Shown: positions 51,921 through 62,148 of the stretch, in pieces
Numbering within the stretch: the first letter of the stretch is position 1
Layout: each line of letters starts with the position of its first letter
Assembly: GCA_965207375.1 (NCBI GenBank)
Contig: OZ242274.1
Coordinates: forward strand, 1,440,001 to 1,504,000
Origin: Nitrosopumilaceae archaeon
GTDB lineage: Archaea; Thermoproteota; Nitrososphaeria; Nitrososphaerales; Nitrosopumilaceae
DNA: 64,000 nucleotides
Direction of reading: 5' to 3'
Position numbers and translations under genes: made by a program
The notes under the pieces: model-generated
Told to the model about the DNA's origin: nothing
The model's database searches: none
What the model saw: only the letters and a program-made list of their open reading frames with translations

Positions 51921-52812
51921 ATCCTTTTTGTATCCATGTGTTACGCCTGCACACTATGATGTGTTACGTGTAAATCCAGAATTTGTAAAATTGGTCAGAC
52001 CACACACTAGAGAGGAGCGTAAGGCATTGCATGAATCTTTGCTTGTACATGGACAGCGCGAGCCTATAGTTGTGGATTCTGAAGGTACTATTGTAGCCGG
52101 TCACAATAGGGCAGAACTCTTGATGTCTATGGGCCGACCAATTAAGACAATTATCGGGGACTTTGAGGATGACAACGCAAAGGCGCAATATGTCATAGAA
52201 TCAAATTTGATTGGCAGGCACTATTCAAATACATTTTTGAGGATAGTAGCTGCTCTTCCATTATATCGAATCATAAAGTCAAAACAGCATTTTGGCGGGG
52301 ACCGTAAAACAGTCAAAAAAGTAGGCTGTACCACTGCAATTGTTGGAAGACATATTGGTGTGAATAGAAATCTGGTACAGCAGGCAATATGGCTGTATGA
52401 GAATGCACCACCTGATGTAATAAAATCATTACAGGACGGTGGTACCAAAATCACGGCTGCATACAACTTGTTGCGACATGCAAAAATTGGTACTATACAT
52501 CATGTGAGTCATGTTTCTAGAAAATCCAAAGATACAACAAAAAAGTTCAAAAATGATACAAAACGGTACAGATTACTACACACGTTATTGTCAGGTTATA
52601 CATTACGCGATGATCTAATGAAGGTGACCGGTACCACAAACAAAAATACCTTGCAGGCGTTACTATTTTGTATCAGACAGAGGGGTATCAAGGTATATTG
52701 TACACCTGCTTATACTGTGTCTCGCAGTTGGGGGATTTGTTGCAAATGTGGCGTATCTTGTATGGGTATAGATACGACACAAGGCACTATATGTGAAAAA
52801 TGTATTCTTTAA
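51910..52812 (+). CDS. ParB/Srx-domain protein
   Basis: HGQREPIVV...IVAGHNR...ESNLIGRH. Confidence 0.8.
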   Translation: MAPKSFLYPCVTPAHYDVLRVNPEFVKLVRPHTREERKALHESLLVHGQREPIVVDSEGTIVAGHNRAELLMSMGRPIKTIIGDFEDDNAKAQYVIESNLIGRHYSNTFLRIVAALPLYRIIKSKQHFGGDRKTVKKVGCTTAIVGRHIGVNRNLVQQAIWLYENAPPDVIKSLQDGGTKITAAYNLLRHAKIGTIHHVSHVSRKSKDTTKKFKNDTKRYRLLHTLLSGYTLRDDLMKVTGTTNKNTLQALLFCIRQRGIKVYCTPAYTVSRSWGICCKCGVSCMGIDTTQGTICEKCIL

Positions 52813-53259
52813 AGGGTGATACTATCAAATTAGCAGCAGTTGCTAGTTATTTGATACATACATGTAACATGCCAAAACGCCTCAAGACAAGTCATTTTCT
52901 GCTGTTGTGTAACTATATCATGCTGGGACTATTTTTCAGCTCAGATGTACCATATGATAAGGTCAAAATGTATCATGCGGTTTGTTATCAAAATTGATGG
53001 TATCGTTTAGTATGTGGACTGTGCGCAGGACGAAACTAGTCATAAACATTACAGGCGATGCGATACTATACAAGACATTAAAGCATTTTGTGATACTATA
53101 TGGTTTGAGCATATCTATGAAAATGTACCGACGTATCTTTGATGTGTCTATATCGTGTCTGTAATTTTTTTATAACTGGGACTATATACCAAATATTTTG
53201 TGTATATTCAATGATGTCATTTTACAAGAATTCTGTGGACTAGTATTTTTGAGAAAGAA

Positions 53260-53466
53260 ATGAGCTGCATAAACTTATGCGTGCAGTACGATATAAAGAT
53301 GCACGGAGGTGTACCCAAGTATACAGAATGTGCAAAAAGGTGTAGTGTATGCGGTATATGCCTAAATTATAAAGGCCTCTGGTGTCCTTGCTGTAGCCTG
53401 CGCCTATGGTGCAATCCAAGGAGCAACAAGAGAAGAAATGCAATATGTCATAGGCGTGTACCATGA
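53260..53466 (+). CDS. Zn-ribbon protein of a thaumarchaeal-type family
   Basis: KRCSVC...GLWCPCC..RL. Confidence 0.6.
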   Translation: MSCINLCVQYDIKMHGGVPKYTECAKRCSVCGICLNYKGLWCPCCSLRLWCNPRSNKRRNAICHRRVP

Positions 53467-53717
53467 ACTGTATAATATGCGGTGCAACCTTTACCCGCAA
53501 ATGCAACAAACTAACCTGTAGCCCCAAATGTTCCCGCGCTAATTTAATCAACAAGATGCGTATCCAAAACGAAAAGAGGCGTAATGTCGCAATAAAACCG
53601 GAATTGCTTGAAGGCATAATCGCCTTACCTTTGCGCGTGAACTGCCTACCTCATGAATTAATCAACGATTCAGGCACTATACATGAAATCCGGAGGTTAT
53701 TAAAACGGGGTGTCTGA
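53463..53717 (+). CDS. Zn-finger hypothetical protein
   Basis: CIICG...TCSPKC. Confidence 0.55.
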   Translation: MNCIICGATFTRKCNKLTCSPKCSRANLINKMRIQNEKRRNVAIKPELLEGIIALPLRVNCLPHELINDSGTIHEIRRLLKRGV

Positions 53718-53898
53718 TGCCACAAAATAATCAAATTCGTAAAATTATATCAAAATATTGAGTAAATATTATAAACTAATGTTTTTGTTTAGTTTATCGT
53801 ACACAGGGGTACCAGTATATACTAGTGTAAAGGTACCAATACTGGTTTTAGTATGATTCTTGTGATAATGACTGAATTGAACAAAACGAGACTGTACT

Positions 53899-54249
53899 AT
53901 GCTCTTTAATCTACCTGTACTAGTATACAGGTTCATGGTTGCACAAGACGTGCTTGTAATTCACCCAAACGGGGGGACCAGCATAAATCCGGCGTTCCAG
54001 AATTGTCTTTATGAGCTAGCAGAGAAAAAGAAATATGACGATACCTTGGGGAATGTGGCACAATTGACAGTACGGCAATGGTGTCCGGACCTGACAGAAG
54101 AGTTTCAACATATCATATATGACGGGATCAAGTGGATATCTTTTCAGGCTCAACCAGAGTTTTACTCTAATGCTGATGTGGAGGCTCTAGAAAATAGACT
54201 GAACCAGCATCAGAGACGCCTTGAAACATTACGAAAATATCAACAATGA
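53899..54249 (+). CDS. Hypothetical protein
   Basis: Paralog of 43269-43643. Confidence 0.6.
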   Translation: MLFNLPVLVYRFMVAQDVLVIHPNGGTSINPAFQNCLYELAEKKKYDDTLGNVAQLTVRQWCPDLTEEFQHIIYDGIKWISFQAQPEFYSNADVEALENRLNQHQRRLETLRKYQQ

Positions 54250-54471
54250 ACGATAATTTCTTTAGTTCGAATCATTGACTCTGAAAATTGATATCACAAC
54301 ATGAGATGATATCATGACTTTGTGTGATTCTTGGAATGCAATCAAACGAGAATTGATTATACACGGTATGATTAACAAAATGACATTTGCCGAATCCCTC
54401 GATTTGATAGAACTGTTACAGTTTCGTACACGGCAGAAAATCATCGATTCTATATATGATACACACAGAAA

Positions 54472-55044
54472 ATGATATTTACAAAACTAGACGATATTCC
54501 TAGAAATAGGTACAAGACGATAATCATGGATGTACCTTGGCCGGTGAATGCGACATTATCCAGTAAAATATATCGTGTGAAAACAATGACTTATGATTTG
54601 CTGAGTATACCAGAGATAAAATCAATACCTGTTGCAGACTTTGCTTCAGAGAACTGTATTATTTTCTTTTGGACTACACACAGGTTTTTGCCTGATTCCT
54701 TTGATGTTTTAAAACAATATGGGTTTTCGTACCATGGTACAATATCATGGTACAAACATGATGGTTTGACACATTTGGGATTTTATCGTGGTACTGAATT
54801 TTGTCTTGTTGGGTATCGTGGCAGATGGACTGATTGTTTAGATTTATGTGGCGAGCCTTTGAAGAGTTTTATTGATGAGCCCTCTCGTGGACATTCGATA
54901 AAGCCTGCGTCTTTGGATAGAATCATATTGAAAAAGACACGAGGTCCGCGCCTTGACATGTTTGCACGTGTGCAAAAGCCCGGCTTTGATAGCTTTGGTG
55001 ATCAGGTTATATCTTCTGATACCCTTGAGCGATATTTGGTATGA
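54472..55044 (+). CDS. MT-A70-family adenine methyltransferase
   Basis: DVPW (DPPW variant), FFWTT, TEFCLVG, HSIKP and LDMFAR. Confidence 0.85.
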   Translation: MIFTKLDDIPRNRYKTIIMDVPWPVNATLSSKIYRVKTMTYDLLSIPEIKSIPVADFASENCIIFFWTTHRFLPDSFDVLKQYGFSYHGTISWYKHDGLTHLGFYRGTEFCLVGYRGRWTDCLDLCGEPLKSFIDEPSRGHSIKPASLDRIILKKTRGPRLDMFARVQKPGFDSFGDQVISSDTLERYLV

Positions 55045-55394
55045 TGTTGTATCATCTGGGTTTTTTGATTTGTATCAACAATGTTTATTTTAAACTATAT
55101 ACGATACGTGATACCATGAATGATAATTTAACACAAATGAGGACACAGATAGACAGGATAGATTATGATATAATATCTGCCGTACAAAAGCGAATGATAC
55201 TTGTAAGAAAGATAGCAGCATACAAGAAGGAAAACTCGATAGATATTATAGACAAATCAAGAGAAGATTCTGTATTGGCCTTTTTTGAGGATAATTTTGA
55301 ATCAAAGGGTATGGGTGCAGTTGCAGGAAGAATGATAGCAGAAGCACTAATTGATATAGCTATATCCGAAGAGAATCAACTTTTATCTCGTTGA
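55041..55394 (+). CDS. AroQ-type chorismate mutase (start probably 55116)
   Basis: MRTQIDRID...KR....KIAAYK....IIDKSRE. Confidence 0.85.
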   Translation: MMLYHLGFLICINNVYFKLYTIRDTMNDNLTQMRTQIDRIDYDIISAVQKRMILVRKIAAYKKENSIDIIDKSREDSVLAFFEDNFESKGMGAVAGRMIAEALIDIAISEENQLLSR

Positions 55395-55457
55395 TTGTGT
55401 GAAGTCTGTAAAATGTACAGTAAACTCTGATTACTTGAATTTGTTCTAGTTTCAAAC

Positions 55458-56348
55458 ATGATGCCAAAAGATGTTACCATGCTGCAATCTGCATTTAAGA
55501 GGTATTATTTTGAGAATTTTAATTTAATGCATATTGATGATATGAAACATCACGAGTTTGGGTACCAAAGGTTTGATGATACCATGTATAGACATGTGGT
55601 TTTTTCTAGTGTTGAAGAATTTCGTTTGTTTTTGATGAATAAAATCCCTAGTGATGTGTATTGTTCTAGTGCATATTATGACTTTCCTGGGTTAGCCATG
55701 AAAGACAAGGGATTTCGTGGGGCTGATTTGATATTTGATATAGATGCTAAAGACTTGAAGTTATCATGTCGTGATAAACACGTGATATACACATGTGTTA
55801 CTTGTGGTTCTTTGAAGAATATGTGTAGATGTGATGTTTCCAAGGTACAGGTACAGTCGCTTGCCTGTGATAGGTGCATTGATGCGGCAAGAAATGAGGC
55901 TGTAAAATTGGTGAGTATTTTATCTGATGACTTTGGGATACCCGATGTTTCTGTTTATTTTTCTGGCAACGAGGGGTTTCATGTTCATGCAGGAAATACA
56001 TATGCGAGTCTTGATTCACGTCAGCGCCAGGAGATATGTGATTATGTGTCGTCTCGTGGTGTTAAAATCGATTCGCAGGTGACAACTGATGTTTCTCGGA
56101 TTTTCCGGCTTGCAGGTACTCTGAATTCTAAATCTGGACTTGCAAAGATGCATTGTGATAATCTGGATGAATTTGTGCCGTATACAGAATCCTGTGTGAT
56201 AGATGATGATACTGTAGATATTTGTGCTGATTGTCCTGTGTCGTTTAGTTTGAAGGGTGAGCAGTTTGGGCCGTGGTACAACGAGACTGTTAGTTTGCCA
56301 AGGTTTGCAGCAGTGTATCTGGTGTGTAAGAGGTTTGGAAAGATGTGA
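55458..56348 (+). CDS. priS: Archaeal DNA primase small (catalytic) subunit
   Basis: EFG, DLIFDIDAKD, FSGNEGFHVH and IDSQVTTDVSRIFRL. Confidence 0.95.
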   Translation: MMPKDVTMLQSAFKRYYFENFNLMHIDDMKHHEFGYQRFDDTMYRHVVFSSVEEFRLFLMNKIPSDVYCSSAYYDFPGLAMKDKGFRGADLIFDIDAKDLKLSCRDKHVIYTCVTCGSLKNMCRCDVSKVQVQSLACDRCIDAARNEAVKLVSILSDDFGIPDVSVYFSGNEGFHVHAGNTYASLDSRQRQEICDYVSSRGVKIDSQVTTDVSRIFRLAGTLNSKSGLAKMHCDNLDEFVPYTESCVIDDDTVDICADCPVSFSLKGEQFGPWYNETVSLPRFAAVYLVCKRFGKM

Positions 56349-56606
56349 TAGGACATCCAAAAAGAGGACAGTTGTCCTGCAGGATATTTGTTATTCTCCC
56401 ACTCGTCTCTTTGAGACATTTTCTGGTACCGAGGTCTTGCGCCTCAGAGGGTATTTCGGTTATTTCCCTATCCATCCTATCATGGTGTCATAGGTTAAAC
56501 TGGTATTTAATGAAAAATGACAAAGTTAAGATGGTCTTTCAACATGGGGATATAGTTAAGTTGTCAAAATCGCTAAACATATTTACTCTTTAAGTTTTTA
56601 ACAATC

Positions 56607-56816
56607 ATGGTTGTGTTAGGCATTATCAAACATTTTATCAAATACGAAACAACATGCAAAAGAAGAAAATACCACAACCCCAACCCTGAAGATCTTGAGG
56701 ATTTTCTCAAAAACATGAAATTCGGAAAAGAAACTTTTTGCGTTGATTGTGACGCTGCTATTGAGTTGAAACAGGACGAAGATGATGAGGAATCATACTG
56801 GGTAAAGGACATCTGA
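56607..56816 (+). CDS. Small Zn-ribbon protein
   Basis: C...H...CVDC pattern; acidic tail. Confidence 0.55.
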   Translation: MVVLGIIKHFIKYETTCKRRKYHNPNPEDLEDFLKNMKFGKETFCVDCDAAIELKQDEDDEESYWVKDI

Positions 56817-56989
56817 TGATATATGAGATCTTTTCGAGTTACACTCCTAGTCTCTTATGTTTCGAGTTGATTTTCTAAAGTATCACACACCTAAATTGCA
56901 TCTAAAAACCACAATCTCATAAAACACGTAACCTTCCTCATTAACGGTAATTATTCAAAATGTTCCCAAAGATCAAAATAAGATTTGTT

Positions 56990-57763
56990 ATTACAGAACC
57001 GGCGTCCTGCCGCTGTTTTTGATCAGTGCACAGTTTTCCTTTGAAAGGTATACTGCATCTAACAACACATAGCCATCTCCCTGTGGTATTTTTTCTTATA
57101 TTTTCCTAAATACGGGAGAATCGTGTCGTCTGCCTTTTGTCACATCACATGTAACTATCATTCCATGCGGTGCCATCAATATGTGCTGTTTCTCAAACAT
57201 ATGCCTTGATACTATTCCATTTTTGGCTTCCTCCCAATCTTCGTATTTCAGGATAGAAAACCCAGATGAATCGCCTGCTAGTGTGCCGTAGGTGTCATTT
57301 TGTGCCTGAACAAGCAAGGATATTTTGTATCATCTCCAAATCATCAGAGTGGAGTTTTATGAAATCGTGCAGTCCTGATTTTGAGGGAATACTTTAGGCC
57401 ATATGTGTTTACAGAACCAGAGTGCTCGTGCATGTATGCTACATGTATACGCAACGAGTAGTCGCGAAATACCATATCAAGGATGCACAAAAACATTGCA
57501 AGCTCTGGTTTGGATATTTCAGGATACGTGGCGAGGATCAACTTTTTGAGTTTGGAGATCCTCACCAATTTTGTTTTACCTTCGTTTTTTCGTTTCCTTT
57601 CATATTCGGTATAGTTTCTGCATTCTTTGTTTTTGAGTCTGCGAATTTCCTTTTTGTATGTCCTTACATGAGCATCATGGTTTTCCTTTCTGTGTCGTCT
57701 CTTTGTTTTGGAACTCATCCGGTATAATGCAAAATTCTGTGATCGACAAGCCTTATCCTGCAC
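56990..57763 (-). pseudogene. Fragmented IS5/IS4-type DDE transposase
   Basis: LAGDSSGF...HDSPVF fragments separated by stops and frameshifts. Confidence 0.65.
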
Positions 57764-58043
57764 TTAGGTCATGATCTTTAAGCTTTTCACTCTTTTTTTG
57801 AAAAAATGTGGACATCGCCGTAATAGATTTGGAAGGATTTTGTTGGTCATCTAGAAGAGGCATGTACCATCCAAAATATTGTGTATTCTACTAGGCACAT
57901 TCCATAAAATGATCAGAACTTTTCAATCAAATATTGTGCAATACTAAACCTAAATAAAAAACCCATAATATCAGTCAATATAGGAAATAATAGATATGAA
58001 TTATATTATTAAAAATCAATTTCAGTGTTTTGTAGATAATAGC

Positions 58044-58095
58044 TACACAGACTTTACACAGACTTTACACAGACTTTACACAGACTTTACACAGA
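58044..58095. repeat. 11-bp tandem repeat (TACACAGACTT), ~4.7 copies, just upstream of the RM gene
   Basis: Seen directly. Confidence 0.9.
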
Positions 58096-58128
58096 ACGTT
58101 GTAGTAGATTATATGTCGAGGAGGACTT

Positions 58129-61100
58129 TTGCCTCCTTTAGAGACCTTGCTTGCCTCTATGGGAGTAAGCCTTGATACAAAACAAGAAATCAAACTGCAT
58201 GAAAAATGGCTTTGCTACAGTCTAAATCACCACAATCCGTCAAAAGATGTTCCAATTGTACTAATACAAAATGGACCAAAAAATATTACTGAGATAAAAA
58301 AACAAGTAAAGAATTTCTCTACTTGTATAGTATTCTTTGAAGAAAAAAATGTCTTATTTTTCAAACATCTAGATGAAAGTCACATTCTAACCTTACAAAA
58401 TGATTCAGAATATTGGAGAATTGCATCTATTTTAAGATCTACTGGTGTGGCAACTGCACAGGATGAAATTGATTTACAGATTGCAATACAAAAACTGATT
58501 AAAGATATTCCCAGTGCCACAGGTGATTTTGTAAACAAGGGATTATTCTCAACACATTATCTTCGTAGTAGAATATTTGATGATACAAGGCAGGATGTTA
58601 ATATCAAACTAGATGACATAAAAGAAAAGATAGGAGACACAAAGAAAATACTGCAAGCATTAGGATGGGACATTTCAAATCAATCAGGCTCTTACTATGA
58701 CAATACGGTATCAATTACGATTACAGAACAAGATGATTTTAGCATACGAAAAGAAGAATCTGATATTGCTCCGAGTTATATTGCCGTTTCGACATTGCGT
58801 AGGTCTCAATGGGCAATACTTACCAACGGCAAAAAGTGGAGACTGTACAGTGCTAAAATTTCTGCATCAAGTACGAATTATTTTGAGATTGATCTAGATC
58901 CTCAACGCGATAATATAACAAAATATCTCATCATACTATTTAGTGCAGAATCATTTTTACAAAAAGATCAAAAGACTGATGTTGACACATTCTTTGATGA
59001 GGGAAAAAACTATGGTAAAAAACTAGAAAATAATTTGTCTGAGAAAATAATGAAACCAGATGGTCTGTTCCTAGATATCGTAAAAGGTGTATTGGAACAC
59101 GACATGAAAAAGACGTTTACCTCTAAGGAATTAGAATCTGCAAAGCAGATATCTCTGAAGATAATGTATCGTATTTGGTTTTTAGCATATGCAGAATCCC
59201 GGAATCTACTACCTATCAAGGATGTAAAGTATAGTCCAATATCACTACAATCCATCCGAAATCATCTTGATTCCTTCGAGTCAGAGTCTGATGAAGATCA
59301 TTGTTGGAAGAAACTGCTTGTCCTGTTTGATGGAATAAGAAACGGAAGTAAGGAACACAATCTTCCACAATACAATGGAGATCTATTCAAAAGCAATCCT
59401 GCAATAGATAACATATCCATTAAAAACGAGTTTATCGTAAGTGCACTACGTGGTTTATTAGAAGATGACGGCACCGCAATTGATTATGCTGATTTTAGTG
59501 TAAGACATCTTGGAAACATCTTTGAGACGCTGATGGAGTACAGTCCACGCCAGACTGACAAAGACGTCATGTTACTTGAAGATTCAAAAGGAATAAGAGA
59601 GGTAAAGACAATACAAGATGCTACATACTCTTACAAGAAAAATGACTTGTATCTTGCATCAAAGGGAGGAATTGCATCACGCAAGACTTCTGCTAGTTTT
59701 TACACGCCCGAGGACATCGTAAAGTTTCTGGTAAACCGTGGACTAACTCCAATATTTTACGAACGTGAAGCATTAGTTGCAAATGATATACAACAATACA
59801 AAAAAAGCAAGAGTAAGGAGGATTTGCAAACATGCATGGATCGAATACTTGACATACAGGTATTAGATCCTTCAATGGGTAGTGGACACTTTCTTGTAGA
59901 GGCACTTAACAGGATCACTTTATGGGCAACAGATATTTTGAAAAAACATGTAGATCATCCCTTACTGTCTGAGATAGAATCAGACAGGGAAACTATCCTA
60001 AAAGAACAAAAGAAAAATGGCATAACCATTGATGATAGCCTCTTAACACACGATGTATTGTTAAAACGCAAAATCATGAAACGCTGTATCTTTGGTGTAG
60101 ATCTTAATCCGATGGCAGTAGAGCTTGCAAAAGTATCTTTATGGTTAGATTCTTTTGCCATTGGTGTTCCTTTAACTTACATCAGTCATCATATTAGATT
60201 AGGTGATTCAACTATTGGCATACGACTCGATGAAATAAAGAATCCAACAGAACATACTCTTGATAGCTGGATGGAAGATCCAGAAAAATCTTCTGGATTT
60301 CTTAATCTTATTGGACATACTGCAGATATTACCATAAATCAAGTACAGGATAGTAAGAACACATATGCAGAATATGTAAAACGAATTAAGCCCTATAAAA
60401 TGATGCTTGACATGTTAACTGCATTAAAAATGGATAAAAACATCATTTCAAAAACAGCTCAAAAAAATCTTCCTGCATACCTTAAGCGTCTTGCAGATGC
60501 TGTTTCAGGCAACAATTCCAATCCCGATGATGATTTAAAACACACAATAGAAAAAATCCGTAGTAAATCAACAGAATATAGATTTTTTCAATGGGAGTTG
60601 GAGATGATGGATGCATTTACTGATTCAAGACGTGGTTTCGATCTGATAATTGGTAATCCTGCTTGGGATAAGGTAAGGCCAAATGCCAATGAATTTTTTC
60701 AGAGCTTAGATCCTACCTACAAAGAAAAATCAAGCAAAGATAAGAAAAAAATCCGTGATAAATACAATAATGATTACAAACAATACAAACAGCGTTTTGA
60801 TGATAAAAGAGAATTTTACAAGAATCATGGGGGTCTTGGAGAAAATACAGATTTTGATCTGTATCGAATTATCATAGAACGTGCATTACAAATTTTGGCT
60901 CCAGATGGAATGTTTTCAATGATTATGCCTTCTGCCATAGTAAATTCACGAGGTGCTACTACATTACGAAAGCACATACTTGCAAAAGATGTAAAATTAT
61001 TATATGTATTTGAAAACAAAAAAAAGATATTTCCAATTCATTCAGCATATCGATTCGCACTGTTGAGTATCCGAAATAGTAATGATCCTGATGAGTTTCC

Positions 61101-62148
61101 CGCTGGTTTTTACTTACACGATTTAAAAGAATTAGAGAATTTAGGTGATAAAGAATTAACACTATCTAAAAAGAAAATTAATGAATTGTCTCCACACATG
61201 TCAATGATTTATGAAGTAAAAAATCCCAAAGACTATGAAATAATAAAAAAATTATATTCGTTGCATCCAAGATTGGAAAATATAAAAAAATGGCAGGTTG
61301 ATCTAGGAAGAGAATTAAACTTGGGAGAAGACAAGGATAAAAAATTACTTGTCAAAGAAGGTGGTTGGCCCGTGATAGAATCAAAGAATTTTCATCAACA
61401 CATACACAGTTTCTCTACGCCAAATAATCATGCAGATATCAAAAAGACATTAGCGCGAGTCAAGACCATTAGAAAATTCAATGGTTTTAGTAAAGAGATA
61501 CATGAGAATCCACGACTGGTATACAGAAGCATAAGCAGTTCAACCAATACGAGAACCATGATATCGTGTATTGTGTCACAATCGGTGTTTACAGCTATTG
61601 GCACATACATGGCACTTCCACGTATAGGTATTTTTGAAATTAATTCTGATTATCATAAACTCAATACATACTTGTGTGGGATTTTTAATTCAACCACATA
61701 TGATTTTCTAATGAGAATAAAAATAGATAAAAATGTAGAAACATATCATATCTATGACACACCAATACCTGAAGATTTTGCAAATGATATTGGTAACAAA
61801 ATATCTAGACTAAGTGCAATTCTAACACTTTCTGAGATGTGGCATGATGATATGGCAGATGTATTTTCAATCACAAAAAATGAAATTAATGATTTTAATC
61901 TAAAAAAACGAATAGAGATAACTGCTAAAATTGATGCATTAGCAGCACTACAGTATGGATTGACAAGAAATGAATATGAATTAGTGTTAAAGAATTTTAA
62001 ATTTGATGACACTTTATTTTCAGAAACAGAATTAACGCAAAATATTAGATATAATCAATTAGTAGATTCTGATCGAAATAAACACATGAGGATGTTTTAC
62101 GGTAAAGTGTACAAACACGCACTACAATACTTTGAGGAAATATCATGA
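58129..62148 (+). CDS. Type IIG (Eco57I-like) restriction-modification enzyme
   Basis: ILTNGKKWRLY, YNGDLF, FYTP, DPSMGSGHFL, GNPAW and C-terminal TRD; 1339 aa. Confidence 0.9.
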   Translation: MPPLETLLASMGVSLDTKQEIKLHEKWLCYSLNHHNPSKDVPIVLIQNGPKNITEIKKQVKNFSTCIVFFEEKNVLFFKHLDESHILTLQNDSEYWRIASILRSTGVATAQDEIDLQIAIQKLIKDIPSATGDFVNKGLFSTHYLRSRIFDDTRQDVNIKLDDIKEKIGDTKKILQALGWDISNQSGSYYDNTVSITITEQDDFSIRKEESDIAPSYIAVSTLRRSQWAILTNGKKWRLYSAKISASSTNYFEIDLDPQRDNITKYLIILFSAESFLQKDQKTDVDTFFDEGKNYGKKLENNLSEKIMKPDGLFLDIVKGVLEHDMKKTFTSKELESAKQISLKIMYRIWFLAYAESRNLLPIKDVKYSPISLQSIRNHLDSFESESDEDHCWKKLLVLFDGIRNGSKEHNLPQYNGDLFKSNPAIDNISIKNEFIVSALRGLLEDDGTAIDYADFSVRHLGNIFETLMEYSPRQTDKDVMLLEDSKGIREVKTIQDATYSYKKNDLYLASKGGIASRKTSASFYTPEDIVKFLVNRGLTPIFYEREALVANDIQQYKKSKSKEDLQTCMDRILDIQVLDPSMGSGHFLVEALNRITLWATDILKKHVDHPLLSEIESDRETILKEQKKNGITIDDSLLTHDVLLKRKIMKRCIFGVDLNPMAVELAKVSLWLDSFAIGVPLTYISHHIRLGDSTIGIRLDEIKNPTEHTLDSWMEDPEKSSGFLNLIGHTADITINQVQDSKNTYAEYVKRIKPYKMMLDMLTALKMDKNIISKTAQKNLPAYLKRLADAVSGNNSNPDDDLKHTIEKIRSKSTEYRFFQWELEMMDAFTDSRRGFDLIIGNPAWDKVRPNANEFFQSLDPTYKEKSSKDKKKIRDKYNNDYKQYKQRFDDKREFYKNHGGLGENTDFDLYRIIIERALQILAPDGMFSMIMPSAIVNSRGATTLRKHILAKDVKLLYVFENKKKIFPIHSAYRFALLSIRNSNDPDEFPAGFYLHDLKELENLGDKELTLSKKKINELSPHMSMIYEVKNPKDYEIIKKLYSLHPRLENIKKWQVDLGRELNLGEDKDKKLLVKEGGWPVIESKNFHQHIHSFSTPNNHADIKKTLARVKTIRKFNGFSKEIHENPRLVYRSISSSTNTRTMISCIVSQSVFTAIGTYMALPRIGIFEINSDYHKLNTYLCGIFNSTTYDFLMRIKIDKNVETYHIYDTPIPEDFANDIGNKISRLSAILTLSEMWHDDMADVFSITKNEINDFNLKKRIEITAKIDALAALQYGLTRNEYELVLKNFKFDDTLFSETELTQNIRYNQLVDSDRNKHMRMFYGKVYKHALQYFEEIS

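Noticed and set aside
9900-56800. Definite provirus call
   Set aside because: No capsid, terminase, portal or integrase recognised; virus versus plasmid or ICE cannot be decided from this window.
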